Shown: positions 50,663 to 60,700 of the stretch, piece after piece
How positions within the stretch are numbered: the first letter of the stretch is position 1
How the letters are laid out: every line of letters starts with the position of its first letter
NCBI GenBank assembly: GCA_964432985.1
Contig: CAYSPT010000011.1
Span: forward strand, 21,257 to 85,256
DNA length: 64,000 nt
Source: an uncultured bacterium
GTDB lineage: Bacteria > Muiribacteriota > CAYSPT01
Direction: 5' to 3'
Notes under the pieces: model-generated
The model's input: only the letters and a program-made list of their open reading frames with translations
Told to the model about the DNA's origin: nothing
Database searches by the model: none
Translations under genes and position numbers: made by a program

Positions 50663-53173
50663 ATGGGCGTGAAGCTTCCAGACATCACGTTTGACGTTCA
50701 GTTCGATCGGTCGGGGATTACCAGGCAGGTGTCCCTGACGGCTTTGATTGACCAGGTGATCGAGTTACTCGAGAACCATGGGGTGGAGCCCATCATCGAC
50801 CGTAAAACATACGCCGTAATCGGGACGGGAGATGGTATCTCCCGCTTATCCCGTCTACTGGATACCGCCGGGTTTCCCCGTGACCCGCGGGGATTTTTCG
50901 GCGAGCTTTTGAAGCAGCTGCAAACCGCAGGCTGCGGACGGGCCCTGACGGTAAAGATAGGTAAGGTCGTTGTCCCTTACAACCTGCTCCTGGCTGTGCT
51001 GGAAGTGGTGATACCGGGCAACAAGTTCGTTACGGTGAAGACCGTGCGCCAGCTGGAGCGGCTCTGCAACATCAGCGTTCCGGCCGGAGAACGGCCGGCC
51101 ATGCAGCTGGTACTGGACACCTACCCGGTGCGCTTTTCCCTGCACACGCTCAGGCAGATGCACCTTTCTCCGGCGGTGGCGGCCCAGTACATGCCGTTCA
51201 TTGATGAGCTTAACCACGAGGGCCTGGTGCACACCTGGGTAGGGCAGTTCCACCGGGGTGTGCTGGAGCAGATGTACCGCAACCGGGTCATCTTCATCCT
51301 GAACATGTGGTGCCCGGTATACTGCCGCTTCTGTTTCCGCAAGCACAAGGAGTGCCGCAATCAGCGTCCACCCACCCAGGCGGCGGTCAAGGAGGCGCTC
51401 GGATACCTGCGCCAGGCAGAGCATGTCAAGGAGGTTGTCCTGACCGGCGGCGATCCGTTCATGAACAGCGCCACGCTGCGTTACGCCATCGACGGGTTGG
51501 CCAGAATCCCCCACATCAGGGTGCTCAGGATTGCCACCCGTTCGATCTCGTACTATCCCGACCTGTTCTACCGCGACGACTCTTTCTGGTTCCACTACCT
51601 GCAGCAAAAGAACTACGAGCTGCGTTATAAAAATAAGCGGATCGAAATCGCCACCCACTTCATCCATCCCGACGAGGTATCTGTTTACAGCCTGGATATC
51701 ATCAATCGGCTCACCGGAAACGGTATTCCCGTGTACGTGCAGACGCCCTTTATCGGCGGTTGCAACGACGACGGAGATATTCTGGCATCCCTGTTCAGCC
51801 GCCTGCGCGCCGCCGGGGCGGAGAATCACTACATCTTTATGCCGTGCAGCCCCCTTCAGGGCAACCGGGTGTACGGCACCACCATCGCTAGCGGTTTCGA
51901 AACCGCCCGGCGGATGCGCGCCTATCTTTCGGATCGGGCCATCCCCAAGATGTGCACCGCCACCTCAATCGGTAAGATCGACTGGAACACCAGCGGCTGG
52001 GCGGTGGAGCGGGACGAGGAGGATCCCCGGTACTTGTGGATCCGTACGCCCTATACCTACGAGTATTTCGCCTCGTTTACCCCGATCCTGCAGTTGTCGG
52101 AATTGGTACGTCCTAACTCCGGCGGCACCCTGGACGCCAGGTTCATGGTTGACGTGGGTGACGACCGGCTCCTCAAGGGCCGGGAATTCGGCCGCCGGCC
52201 GGTTCCGCGCGTGGCGGATGTGCTGCCGCACATCGTCGCCAGCGAGCGGGCGCAGCGGGATGACCTTGAATTCCTGCAGCATTTCGCGCTCAAGGACCAG
52301 CGTGTCTCACGGTCGGTGGTCGGCACGGGATCGCCGTCTATATCACGGGTCCACCTGACCAGGGTTGAGCTTGACTGCCTGGCGCCGGACCATGAGATGG
52401 GCGCCACCTTGAAATACATCAAACATGACCGCAGGATCACTGACGTGGTGCTCTTCTCGCGGCGGGGCATCATTCGGAACCTGTACCGCGTCGGGCGGAT
52501 CATACAACGCTTGAACTCCATGCGCCACGTGCAGAGCATCCGGCTGCGGAGCCTCAAGTTCACCTACCAGCCGCATGAATATACCCCGACCGCGGTAAAG
52601 AAAATAGTCTCCTTCAATCATCTCGATGTCACCGGGTCGAAACGGTTGGAAATCGAGGCCCGGTTTATGCATTCAAGCGAGTTTACCGGCGCTCATCAGC
52701 GGCTGGTCAACGCCTTCCTGCGCCGCGGGGTGACAGTCTACAACAACACGCCGCTGCTGGCGCACATCAACGACACCCCCGGGGAGATGAACCGGATAGC
52801 CTACCGATGCCGGGAACTGGGGCTTGAGTTCCATCACTGTTACGTAGCCGGGCTGCCGATCCAGATTTTCTGGGGGCACAGGCATCCGCTCGATCTTAGC
52901 CGGGTCACCCGTATCGCGAGCTTCGTGCGCAAGTACGGCAGTGGGCGTGAGATTCCCCGTTACATTATCCGAACCCCGCTGGGAGAGGTGGATTACGATC
53001 TGACATCCGAGATAGTGAAGGTCGATGACGGCGGCCGGATTATGGTCAGACTACTGCCCTACGATCTTGAATATTTCAGGAGTATGGATAAGGAATTCAC
53101 CTTGCCTGCCGGAGGCAGAATCGATGATGACGGAATGATCCTGGTCCCGGTAGACGGGCTCCGCCAAGGATAG
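50663..53173 (+). CDS. 836-aa tandem KamA-like protein: one intact radical SAM/PLP aminomutase-like domain plus one degenerate KamA-like barrel
   Basis: Domain 1 has CPVYCRFCFRKHK (51309-51340 region), LTGGDPF and SIGKIDW (Lys retained). Domain 2 (52436-53000) aligns to KamA (ITDVVLFSRRG~[24 protein letters not shown]~[28 protein letters not shown]~[16 protein letters not shown]). It has no CxxxCxxC motif and no Lys. Confidence 0.8.
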   Translation: MGVKLPDITFDVQFDRSGITRQVSLTALIDQVIELLENHGVEPIIDRKTYAVIGTGDGISRLSRLLDTAGFPRDPRGFFGELLKQLQTAGCGRALTVKIGKVVVPYNLLLAVLEVVIPGNKFVTVKTVRQLERLCNISVPAGERPAMQLVLDTYPVRFSLHTLRQMHLSPAVAAQYMPFIDELNHEGLVHTWVGQFHRGVLEQMYRNRVIFILNMWCPVYCRFCFRKHKECRNQRPPTQAAVKEALGYLRQAEHVKEVVLTGGDPFMNSATLRYAIDGLARIPHIRVLRIATRSISYYPDLFYRDDSFWFHYLQQKNYELRYKNKRIEIATHFIHPDEVSVYSLDIINRLTGNGIPVYVQTPFIGGCNDDGDILASLFSRLRAAGAENHYIFMPCSPLQGNRVYGTTIASGFETARRMRAYLSDRAIPKMCTATSIGKIDWNTSGWAVERDEEDPRYLWIRTPYTYEYFASFTPILQLSELVRPNSGGTLDARFMVDVGDDRLLKGREFGRRPVPRVADVLPHIVASERAQRDDLEFLQHFALKDQRVSRSVVGTGSPSISRVHLTRVELDCLAPDHEMGATLKYIKHDRRITDVVLFSRRGIIRNLYRVGRIIQRLNSMRHVQSIRLRSLKFTYQPHEYTPTAVKKIVSFNHLDVTGSKRLEIEARFMHSSEFTGAHQRLVNAFLRRGVTVYNNTPLLAHINDTPGEMNRIAYRCRELGLEFHHCYVAGLPIQIFWGHRHPLDLSRVTRIASFVRKYGSGREIPRYIIRTPLGEVDYDLTSEIVKVDDGGRIMVRLLPYDLEYFRSMDKEFTLPAGGRIDDDGMILVPVDGLRQG

Positions 53174-53219
53174 ATGGATTTTTGTAGGAGTTCAAAGAAC
53201 ATTCCATGGATACACAATA

Positions 53220-53441
53220 ATGGAGCTTGACAGCACGCAGAGGAAAATAGTCGACAGCCTCAGAGATTTGAGACTGCCTCCCGGCGCACGGATTCTGGAA
53301 CTAGGGATGGGGCGCGGGGGCCACACAATACCGCTCAGAGCGGCTTACCCTGAGGCCTGGATAACCGGCTATGACCTGGCAAAGTGTCAGATTGGAGGCA
53401 GGCCCGACCGGCCCTCCCGTAAAGCTTCCAGGCTGACCTGA
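53220..53441 (+). pseudogene. truncated class I SAM methyltransferase (N-terminal ~60 aa only)
   Basis: Motif I ILELGMGRGGH and ITGYDL are present. The reading frame then runs into direct-repeat copy B (from 53413) and terminates. Confidence 0.6.
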
Positions 53442-53620
53442 ATGGGAATACCCGAGTGCAGCATCTGGCCAAACTTCTCACAAAATAGCGACATCAGAGA
53501 CATGTGTAAACGATCCATAATAACTTCCAAATGATTTTTTTGAAAGACGTCTTCCTGTATCTAATGATACCAGACCCCGGTGCCATTTCAAGTTACAGCA
53601 AGGTTACAAATAGGTTACAG
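53413..53620. repeat. 208-bp direct repeat, copy B (orphan promoter/operator plus first ~35 codons of the T2SSF-like gene)
   Basis: See copy A. The minus strand encodes MDRLHMSLMSLFCEKFGQMLHSGIPIQVSLEAL and then diverges and stops. GTTACA x3 at 53592, 53603 and 53614. Confidence 0.9.
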
Positions 53621-53735
53621 AACCAGGTAAGTGCGCGAGTTCGAATCATCTTTAACTTTCCACGCATACCTAATCAGAGGGTGGTACAAGCAAGTTTTCA
53701 AAACAGAAGCGTGAGATGCCTCAATTCCTCAGCCA

Positions 53736-53755
53736 TCCTATGCGACTGGATTTGA
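53736..53755 (+). repeat. 20-nt recurring motif, copy 2 (tcctatgcgactggatttga)
   Basis: Read directly; see 47471 and 63666. Confidence 0.7.
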
Positions 53756-53766
53756 AGCAAAGCCGA

Positions 53767-54303
53767 TCATAATTGATCTTTATAACCTTCGCGGATCAGT
53801 TTAAAAATACCGTTACCCGTATTGAGATCATAAATATTGAAATTTGTCCTGATATCAAATCCCTCATGATGAACAGCAAAATTCAAGGATGCCGAACCTT
53901 CTTCCCCACTGCGAATGCGATGAAAAACAGCCCTCGGCCAGGTAAGCATTGCCGGTCCGTCAAAAAGGATTTCTCCATCTTTTTCAATCCGGTCAGGTAG
54001 TACGATGAAACTCTCAACATTCCCATGTTTTCGATTATAAACATCGACATATCGAATGCCATGAAGGACAATGAGGTTGTCATCCTGATAAGGATGCATA
54101 TACCAGGGCCGTTCCACATCACCGATCAGGCCGGGTGAAATAGCGTCACTCTTATGAATAACTCTATCGATGGCACTGATTCGGGGCAGCAGGTTCATTG
54201 GTACGATATCAAAAGCAACGTTTTTCGTGTGCCGGAAGGGAATCAGTCGGATAATACGGTATAAATCAGGAACTTCATCTATTATATCTAATTCAGTTTT
54301 CAT
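53767..54303 (-). CDS. cupin-fold hypothetical protein (RmlC-like appearance)
   Basis: WYMHPYQDDNLIVLHGIRYVDVY ... LTWPRAVFHRI resembles a double-stranded beta-helix. I prefer the ATG at 54303, preceded by AGAGAGG (the ORF track extends to 54351). Confidence 0.5.
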   Translation of the reverse strand: MKTELDIIDEVPDLYRIIRLIPFRHTKNVAFDIVPMNLLPRISAIDRVIHKSDAISPGLIGDVERPWYMHPYQDDNLIVLHGIRYVDVYNRKHGNVESFIVLPDRIEKDGEILFDGPAMLTWPRAVFHRIRSGEEGSASLNFAVHHEGFDIRTNFNIYDLNTGNGIFKLIREGYKDQL

Positions 54304-54398
54304 AATCGTACCTCTCTTTAGCTCTATTCTTAAGAAATCATACCGTACCACGGCAATGTCTGCAAATGATACAATCGAGTTCAGGATGGTGATCTGGT

Positions 54399-54971
54399 AT
54401 GGGGCTTACTAAGCGCTTACTGATACTGGGGTTTCTGTTAGTCCTGGTAATGTGCCTGAAAGCGGCCTATGGCCAGCAGGACGATGCAACTGTCAACACG
54501 GACCAACCGGCCAGTGGGCGATCCTTCGACCATGTGGCAAGCAGCATCCCCTTTGATAAAAAATCGTTAAAGGAGCTCAATAAAAAAATTGACAGACATT
54601 ATAAAAGCGGGGACTATTCCCAGGCTGCCGCGCTGGGTGAAGTAGCGCTAAAAATAACGAAAGACCTGTATGATGCTGATCATCCACGAGTAATTACTGC
54701 GCTAAACAACCTGGCCCTCTTTTATAAATTAACCGAGAGACTTGATAAAGCCGAGCAGATGTATCGGGAGGCAATATCCCTCAATGAAATGTCCGGCGGT
54801 GCTGATCATTCTGAAACCTCCACCGTGATCGGCAATCTGGCCATGGTGTGCCTGGATCAGAAGAAATATGGGGAACCCCATTCAATACACAACATGCTGC
54901 TGGGAGCATGCGGAAGATCTTTGAGGATGCGCCACCCGATTTTTGCCCGACTGGGCCGCACCAGGTATTGA
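54399..54971 (+). CDS. secreted TPR (TPR_10/12-like) protein
   Basis: Signal peptide. Two or three TPR units with DHP..a..lnNLA spacing (DADHPRVITALNNLALFY, GADHSETSTVIGNLAMV). Confidence 0.6.
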   Translation: MGLTKRLLILGFLLVLVMCLKAAYGQQDDATVNTDQPASGRSFDHVASSIPFDKKSLKELNKKIDRHYKSGDYSQAAALGEVALKITKDLYDADHPRVITALNNLALFYKLTERLDKAEQMYREAISLNEMSGGADHSETSTVIGNLAMVCLDQKKYGEPHSIHNMLLGACGRSLRMRHPIFARLGRTRY

Positions 54972-55094
54972 TCCAGCTGCACCGGATTTAAACCCATCTT
55001 CGCTGGACGGATACCCAACCCTGTCGGGTATAATCATACAAGGTCGAGGTGAGTTGTTCGGTGAATTACGGAGTGAGGAATAAGTGACGGGAAG

Positions 55095-57458
55095 ATGAAA
55101 AAGGTACTCAATAAACTGCATCACATTCTTGCGCCGATGTTTCTCTGGTTCTTCCTGTCTTTCGTTATTGTTTCAGCGCCTGGCGCTCCGGCCGCTGAAC
55201 CATCAAATGCCGCGGGTGTACATTCATCTTTCACGGGAATACCATCAAATGCTGAGAGTGGTATTTCGCGCCCCCTGATCCTGAAGCATTTCTCAGAGAC
55301 CCTGATTAGATCATTCGAGATTTCACTCCAGGAATTCAAGAACCCGACTCTTGCAAAATGGCTTGGAACCGTCAGTTCACCAGACAGGCTGTCCGGATCG
55401 ACCCTGCACGAACTTTTTAATGAATTCAGCAGTCATCTTCTCCAGGTACTATCGGCCACTGAGCTTGCCGGTCAGGAGGATACTCTCTGGAAAGCCATGC
55501 AACGCTCGGCCAATTTTCTCCGTCTCGATGATCGCCCTCTGGAAGAGAATTTACCTCTTTTAAAAATCGAACGTTCGCTCGAAAAATCTCCGCCTTTCAC
55601 CAGAGAGATAGACAATACCAGTTCCACTGTCGTCGAAGTCAACTGGCCTGGAATCGATCACTACACAGAAGATCGTCTCGGTCCGCTGGAAGTCCTTATC
55701 AATATCCTGAATCCGGCAGACCGGGTGATTCTGACAAATACAGATCTCAGTGAAGTGCTGGCTGGAATGACTGACCTGGTCTCTCTGGTCAGATACAATC
55801 TGCCGATTTCCTCGTATGGGAAAAATATCACTCTGGCAACTAAATCCGATGGGAAAAAAATCCTCGTCCTCTCAGGTTTTGACAGCAAAGCCTACCTGCT
55901 TCATTTCGGACTGATCATAAATCGATACAGACGGATCAAAAAAAAGCAGTTCTCCATTTTTGAATTTATCGATCCGAAAAGCCTGAAAAATAGTTACACC
56001 CAGCTCCTGTTATTCGCTCAGAAGCATCCTTCCCTTTTTTCTTCCCTGGACGCCATCGTGATCGGTTACGATTCGGCATTCCGGGAGCAGTGGAAGGAAT
56101 ATGAAACCGCCGTTGCCTGCCAGAGAGGCTTCCCTGGTGAAAACTGGGGGATCAATGTATTCCGCTTCCCTGAAGGAAAAACAGCCGGAGTCCTGACAGG
56201 AGATGTGGACTATTACGGAGAAGGTCTGGTCTGTCAAATTGAGACACTGATATCCCGTTTTCCAGTTAAACAGGTTTTCTTTGGCGGATCGGGAGGGGCT
56301 GTCATTCCCCGCCCGATCTATGATATGTACTACCCTTCCGTGATAAGATCATCCAACGTAATCAGATCATCCCCCGGGTATGAAACCACCAATGTGCTGA
56401 CCGGATCAAGTGATGCGGGAACCCATGTCAGCGTGAATTCGCCGCTCTATGAAACCCCCCTGCTGCTGGCTCGGTTTCAAGCCGCCCATTACAATACCGT
56501 CGATATGGAAGCGGGTCATCTTGCCCGTCTGGCCGGAAAACACGGTATGGAAGTAGGTGTCGGAATCCTTGTCACCGATTTCCCGCCCGGTTTCGAAAGC
56601 ATTGACGTCACCTTCGCTAAGCAGAATTTCATGGCCAAGCAGAAAGCCAGGGCCGATTTTGTCCGCAAGGTGGAAGCGTATGTGAGGCGGAATGAGATAA
56701 CCTACCTGCACTTCCTGGAACGGCTGACCGGTAAGACCATACTGGAAATCAGCCGTGAAACACTCACCAGCCATCGCGATAAAATAGGCCTGTTTTCACC
56801 AGAGGAACAGGAGGTTGTCCGGCGCCTCTTCACCCTCCCCTTCCGAATTGTCGTTCGAATGAGCCCCGGACGTCTGCACTGGACACTGAAAGACAGCGCC
56901 CTGTTCTCCACCGGACTGCTAAACAGTCTCGGCAAGAAGACCGATCCGTTCACGCCCGAACTTGAAGACCAGATGTTCGGCGCCTTCGATTATATATTCG
57001 CATCATACTGCACCGATTTCGGACAGAGCATGTACGGAGATGTTATCGTCCTCCTCAAACCCGAGGAGATACTGCCCCGCAGTTGGGGTTCCCGGGCATC
57101 AGGATGGCGGGTCGCAGGTTACAAAAAAGGCTCCCCGCTGGAAGTCCACCAGAAAAACTTCCTCCGGGAAGTACTGCATCCCAGCCATTACCGTGAAGCC
57201 ATGGAACTTCAAGCCGTGTACCGTTACCGCCGTCTGAAACCTTCAACCCGGAAAATGCTCATGAACCGCCCCGTAGAAACCTGGCCTTCAATTTTGTATG
57301 AGATCGGTTTCGGCAAACTCGAATTAAAGATAAAATCGCACGTTCTAACCAGAGAGATCCAGCGCGTCATACTGCCCCCGTCAGTCCGCGGGGAGATTCC
57401 AGGCATGCTGAAACAGCATAACATCCCCTTCGAATATTACCGAACCGATGATAAATAG
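55095..57458 (+). CDS. large hypothetical protein with N-terminal anchor/signal and an internal PNP/UDP-phosphorylase-like segment
   Basis: FFGGSGGAV ... NTVDMEAGHLARLAGKHGMEVGVGILVTDFP resembles the nucleoside phosphorylase (PNP_UDP_1) motif vDME.aa.a.va......v..vsD. The flanking ~300-aa regions are unrecognised. Confidence 0.55.
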   Translation: MKKVLNKLHHILAPMFLWFFLSFVIVSAPGAPAAEPSNAAGVHSSFTGIPSNAESGISRPLILKHFSETLIRSFEISLQEFKNPTLAKWLGTVSSPDRLSGSTLHELFNEFSSHLLQVLSATELAGQEDTLWKAMQRSANFLRLDDRPLEENLPLLKIERSLEKSPPFTREIDNTSSTVVEVNWPGIDHYTEDRLGPLEVLINILNPADRVILTNTDLSEVLAGMTDLVSLVRYNLPISSYGKNITLATKSDGKKILVLSGFDSKAYLLHFGLIINRYRRIKKKQFSIFEFIDPKSLKNSYTQLLLFAQKHPSLFSSLDAIVIGYDSAFREQWKEYETAVACQRGFPGENWGINVFRFPEGKTAGVLTGDVDYYGEGLVCQIETLISRFPVKQVFFGGSGGAVIPRPIYDMYYPSVIRSSNVIRSSPGYETTNVLTGSSDAGTHVSVNSPLYETPLLLARFQAAHYNTVDMEAGHLARLAGKHGMEVGVGILVTDFPPGFESIDVTFAKQNFMAKQKARADFVRKVEAYVRRNEITYLHFLERLTGKTILEISRETLTSHRDKIGLFSPEEQEVVRRLFTLPFRIVVRMSPGRLHWTLKDSALFSTGLLNSLGKKTDPFTPELEDQMFGAFDYIFASYCTDFGQSMYGDVIVLLKPEEILPRSWGSRASGWRVAGYKKGSPLEVHQKNFLREVLHPSHYREAMELQAVYRYRRLKPSTRKMLMNRPVETWPSILYEIGFGKLELKIKSHVLTREIQRVILPPSVRGEIPGMLKQHNIPFEYYRTDDK

Positions 57459-57748
57459 CGTTAGCTTATAGATGGAAGCCACTTTTCGCGGTGGCCGCGA
57501 CGCATCTTTCCAACCGCTTTCTATTGGTGTCCACCCCCTTATAAACATTACCCTTTAAAATTCCACATTTTCCATTGATTCGTCTGGTTATCACGCCCGT
57601 GGATGTCAGCGTGGATGTCAAATTGGCAGTTAAAAGAAGAGGCGATAATGACCACCTCGTACGCTTCATTACAGTTCGAGTACCGCACCCAATTTCTCGG
57701 CTGTGTCCTGCTGCATTGTGAGCAGTGCATGGGCCTATATATCAAGCG

Positions 57749-60700
57749 TCATACCCGTGCCGGTGCAACTCCTTTGTCATCCACAGTCTGCTGAGATGTG
57801 CGTAAACCTCCAAACAAGGCATACAGGGCTGGCAATACCAGCAGTGTCAGCACGTTGTCAGCGATGATGCCGCCGATTACCACGGTGGCCAGGGGACGCT
57901 GGACTTCCGCTCCCACCCCGGTACTGATGGCCATGGGAAGAAAACCAAGCACGGCTACCAGTCCGGCCATGATGATGGGCCGCAGCCTTAGAAGCGCGCC
58001 CTCCTCGATCCCCCGGGCTACGGAGAGCCCGCTTGCCAGGCGATTCTTTATCGTGTGAATCAGTACCAACCCGTTCAAAACGGATACGCCTGAAGCAATG
58101 ACAAAACCCACACCGGCGGAAACGGTAAACGGCATCCCGCGTAAGCAGAGCGCGGTCAAACCGCCGAAGGCCGCGAAGATGGGGCCCAGGAAGATAATGC
58201 AGGATGCACGCGTTGAACCTGTGGCCGCGAGCAGCAAAACGAAGATGAGCAACAGGGCCAGCGGAACGACGATCATCAGCCTTTTCGCCGCCCGCTGCAG
58301 GTGTTCGAACTGACCTCCGAATTCCACGTGATAGCCCGGCGGCAGCGCGAGGGTCTCCTCGATTGTGCGGCGTACCTCCTCCACGAACCCGCCGATGTCC
58401 CGGCCGGAGACATTGCACTGGATTACGATCCGCCGTTTTTGCCACTCCCGGGTGATTGTCGACGGCTCTTCGACCTGCCGGATGTACGCCAGGCGGGCCA
58501 GCGGGATACGCTCGCCGCCGGCAGAGGGAACCAGGATACGGCCGACGGCGGAGGTGTCACAACGGTATTCTTCCTTGAGCCTGACCACCAGGTCGAACCG
58601 CCGCTGCCCCTCGCGGATCTCTCCCACGTGCCGGGCACCGATCGCTTCGACAGCGTCGAGGACATGCCGGGCCGGCACGCCGTAACGGGCAATAGCCTCC
58701 TGGTCGAGGCGGACCTGAAGCACCGGCTGTCCGGTGATCTGCTCCGTGTATAGATCCGTACTCCCGGGAATCGATCGAAGGATAGCCTCCGCTTCCATGG
58801 CTTTTGTCCGTAAAATTTCAAGATCGTCCCCGAAAATCTTCACGCCGAGGTCGGTTCGGATCCCGGCAATCATCTCATTCACCCGCATCTCAATCGGTTG
58901 GGTAAAAATCATCCGCATACCGGGCAGGCCGGATAGCTCCCGGCGTAGAACGGATGTCAACTCATCCTGTGTCCGGGCCCGGACCCATTCCTCACGTGGT
59001 GCCAGGGTGATAAACACATCACTCAGCTCGATCCCCATGGGGTCCGTGGCCACCTCCGCGGTCCCTGTCCGGACCCAGACGTTTTTCACCTCGTGAGGGA
59101 ACTTCTCCCGGATGAGCGTTTCAATCCGCGTCCCGTACCGGACCGATTCTTCCACCGACACGCCGGCTAGCCGCACGGTATTGATGACGATACCCATCTC
59201 CGAAAGCCTTGGAATGAATTCCGATCCGATACCGGCGGCCAACCATATCCCCGCAGCGATGACGATCACCGGGATAAAGCCGAACAGTGCCGGATTCCTG
59301 AGTGTCCGGCGCACCACCGGCCGGTATAGCCAGGCGATCAACGGCGTGATGCGGTCCTTTGCGGTCCTCATGCGTCCGGGGGTGAAATAACTGACCATGA
59401 CGGGCAAGACGGTGCAGATGAGCAGCACCGACCCGGACAGGGCGAAGAGTATCGTCAAAGACATCGGCCGGAAGAGTTTCCCTTCAATTCCTTCCAGGGC
59501 CAGGACCGGCAAATAAACGATCATGTTGATCGTCTGGGCGAACACCGTGGGACGGGCGACCTGTACCGAGGCCTGCTTGACTATCTCCATCACCGGGCGT
59601 TTACCGGTGCTCTCCTGGAGGTGGCGGACATTATTCTCGACCATGACCAGCGCGCTGTCCACGATGAATCCGAAATCTATGGCTCCGAGGCTCATGAGAC
59701 TGCCGGCGATTCCCAGCCGGAGCATCCCGCTGAAAGCGAAGCACATGGATAGAGGGATCGCAGAGGCCACGATGATACCGGCCCGAAGATTCCCGAGGAA
59801 CAGGAACAGCACGGCCACCACCAGGACAGCTCCTTCCAGGAGGTTGTTCTTGACGGTATCCAGTACCTGTCTGACCAGGTCGGTCCGGTCGTACAGGGGA
59901 AGTATTTCCACTCCCGAGGGTAGAGACATCCGAATTTCGTCCAGTCGTTTCTTTAGCCTCTCGGTCACCTGGTCGCTGTTTTCGCCCATCAGCATGAATC
60001 CCAGCCCCAGTACGACCTCTCCTCGGCCGTTGGCGGTCGCCGCACCGCGGCGGATCTCGTGACCGATTTTCACGACGGCCACGTCGCGGATGCGAACAGG
60101 AGTTCCACGATACGCGTCGATGACGATATTGCCGATCTCCTCCGTACTCGTAGTCAGACCGATACCATGCACGAGATGCAGCTCCCCGGCCTGAACGATG
60201 TTGCCGCCGCCAACATTGAGGTTGTTTTCCTGCAGGGCTGCAAAGACGTCATCCAGAGCGAGGTTGTATTTCATGAGGTTTTCCAGGTCGACCAGCACGT
60301 GATACTGCCGGCGCTTCCCGCCCCAGGTGTTTACTTCTGCCACACCGGATACCGAGCGCAGGCGGGGCTTTACCACCCAATCATGAATAGTTGTAAGCTC
60401 TTCCAGGCTCTTGTCCTGGCCGGTAACGATGTAGTGGTAGACTTCCCCCAGCCCGGTGGAAACAGGACCCATCTTCGGCCTGGTTATGCCTTCGGGAAGT
60501 GACACGACCATGAGTTTTTCCATCACCAACTGCCGGGCAAAATAGATATCGGTTCCGTCCTCGAAGATTACGATCACCTGGGACAGGCCGAACTTGGATA
60601 TCGACCGGACCTCGGCCAGCCCCGGGAGCCCGCTGATCGCCTGCTCCACCGGGAAGGTGATCTCCTGTTCGATCTCCCGTGGCGACAGGGCGGTGGCAAC

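Noticed and set aside
50855-52358. 324-aa minus-strand and 275-aa plus-strand alternative-frame ORFs inside the double-KamA gene
   Set aside because: The frame starting at 50663 carries the radical SAM and PLP motifs. The alternatives are low-complexity shadows.
53630-53660. gagttcgaatc, a T-loop-like word suggesting a tRNA
   Set aside because: The flanking bases cannot form a T-stem (gcgag vs catct), and no cloverleaf can be drawn.
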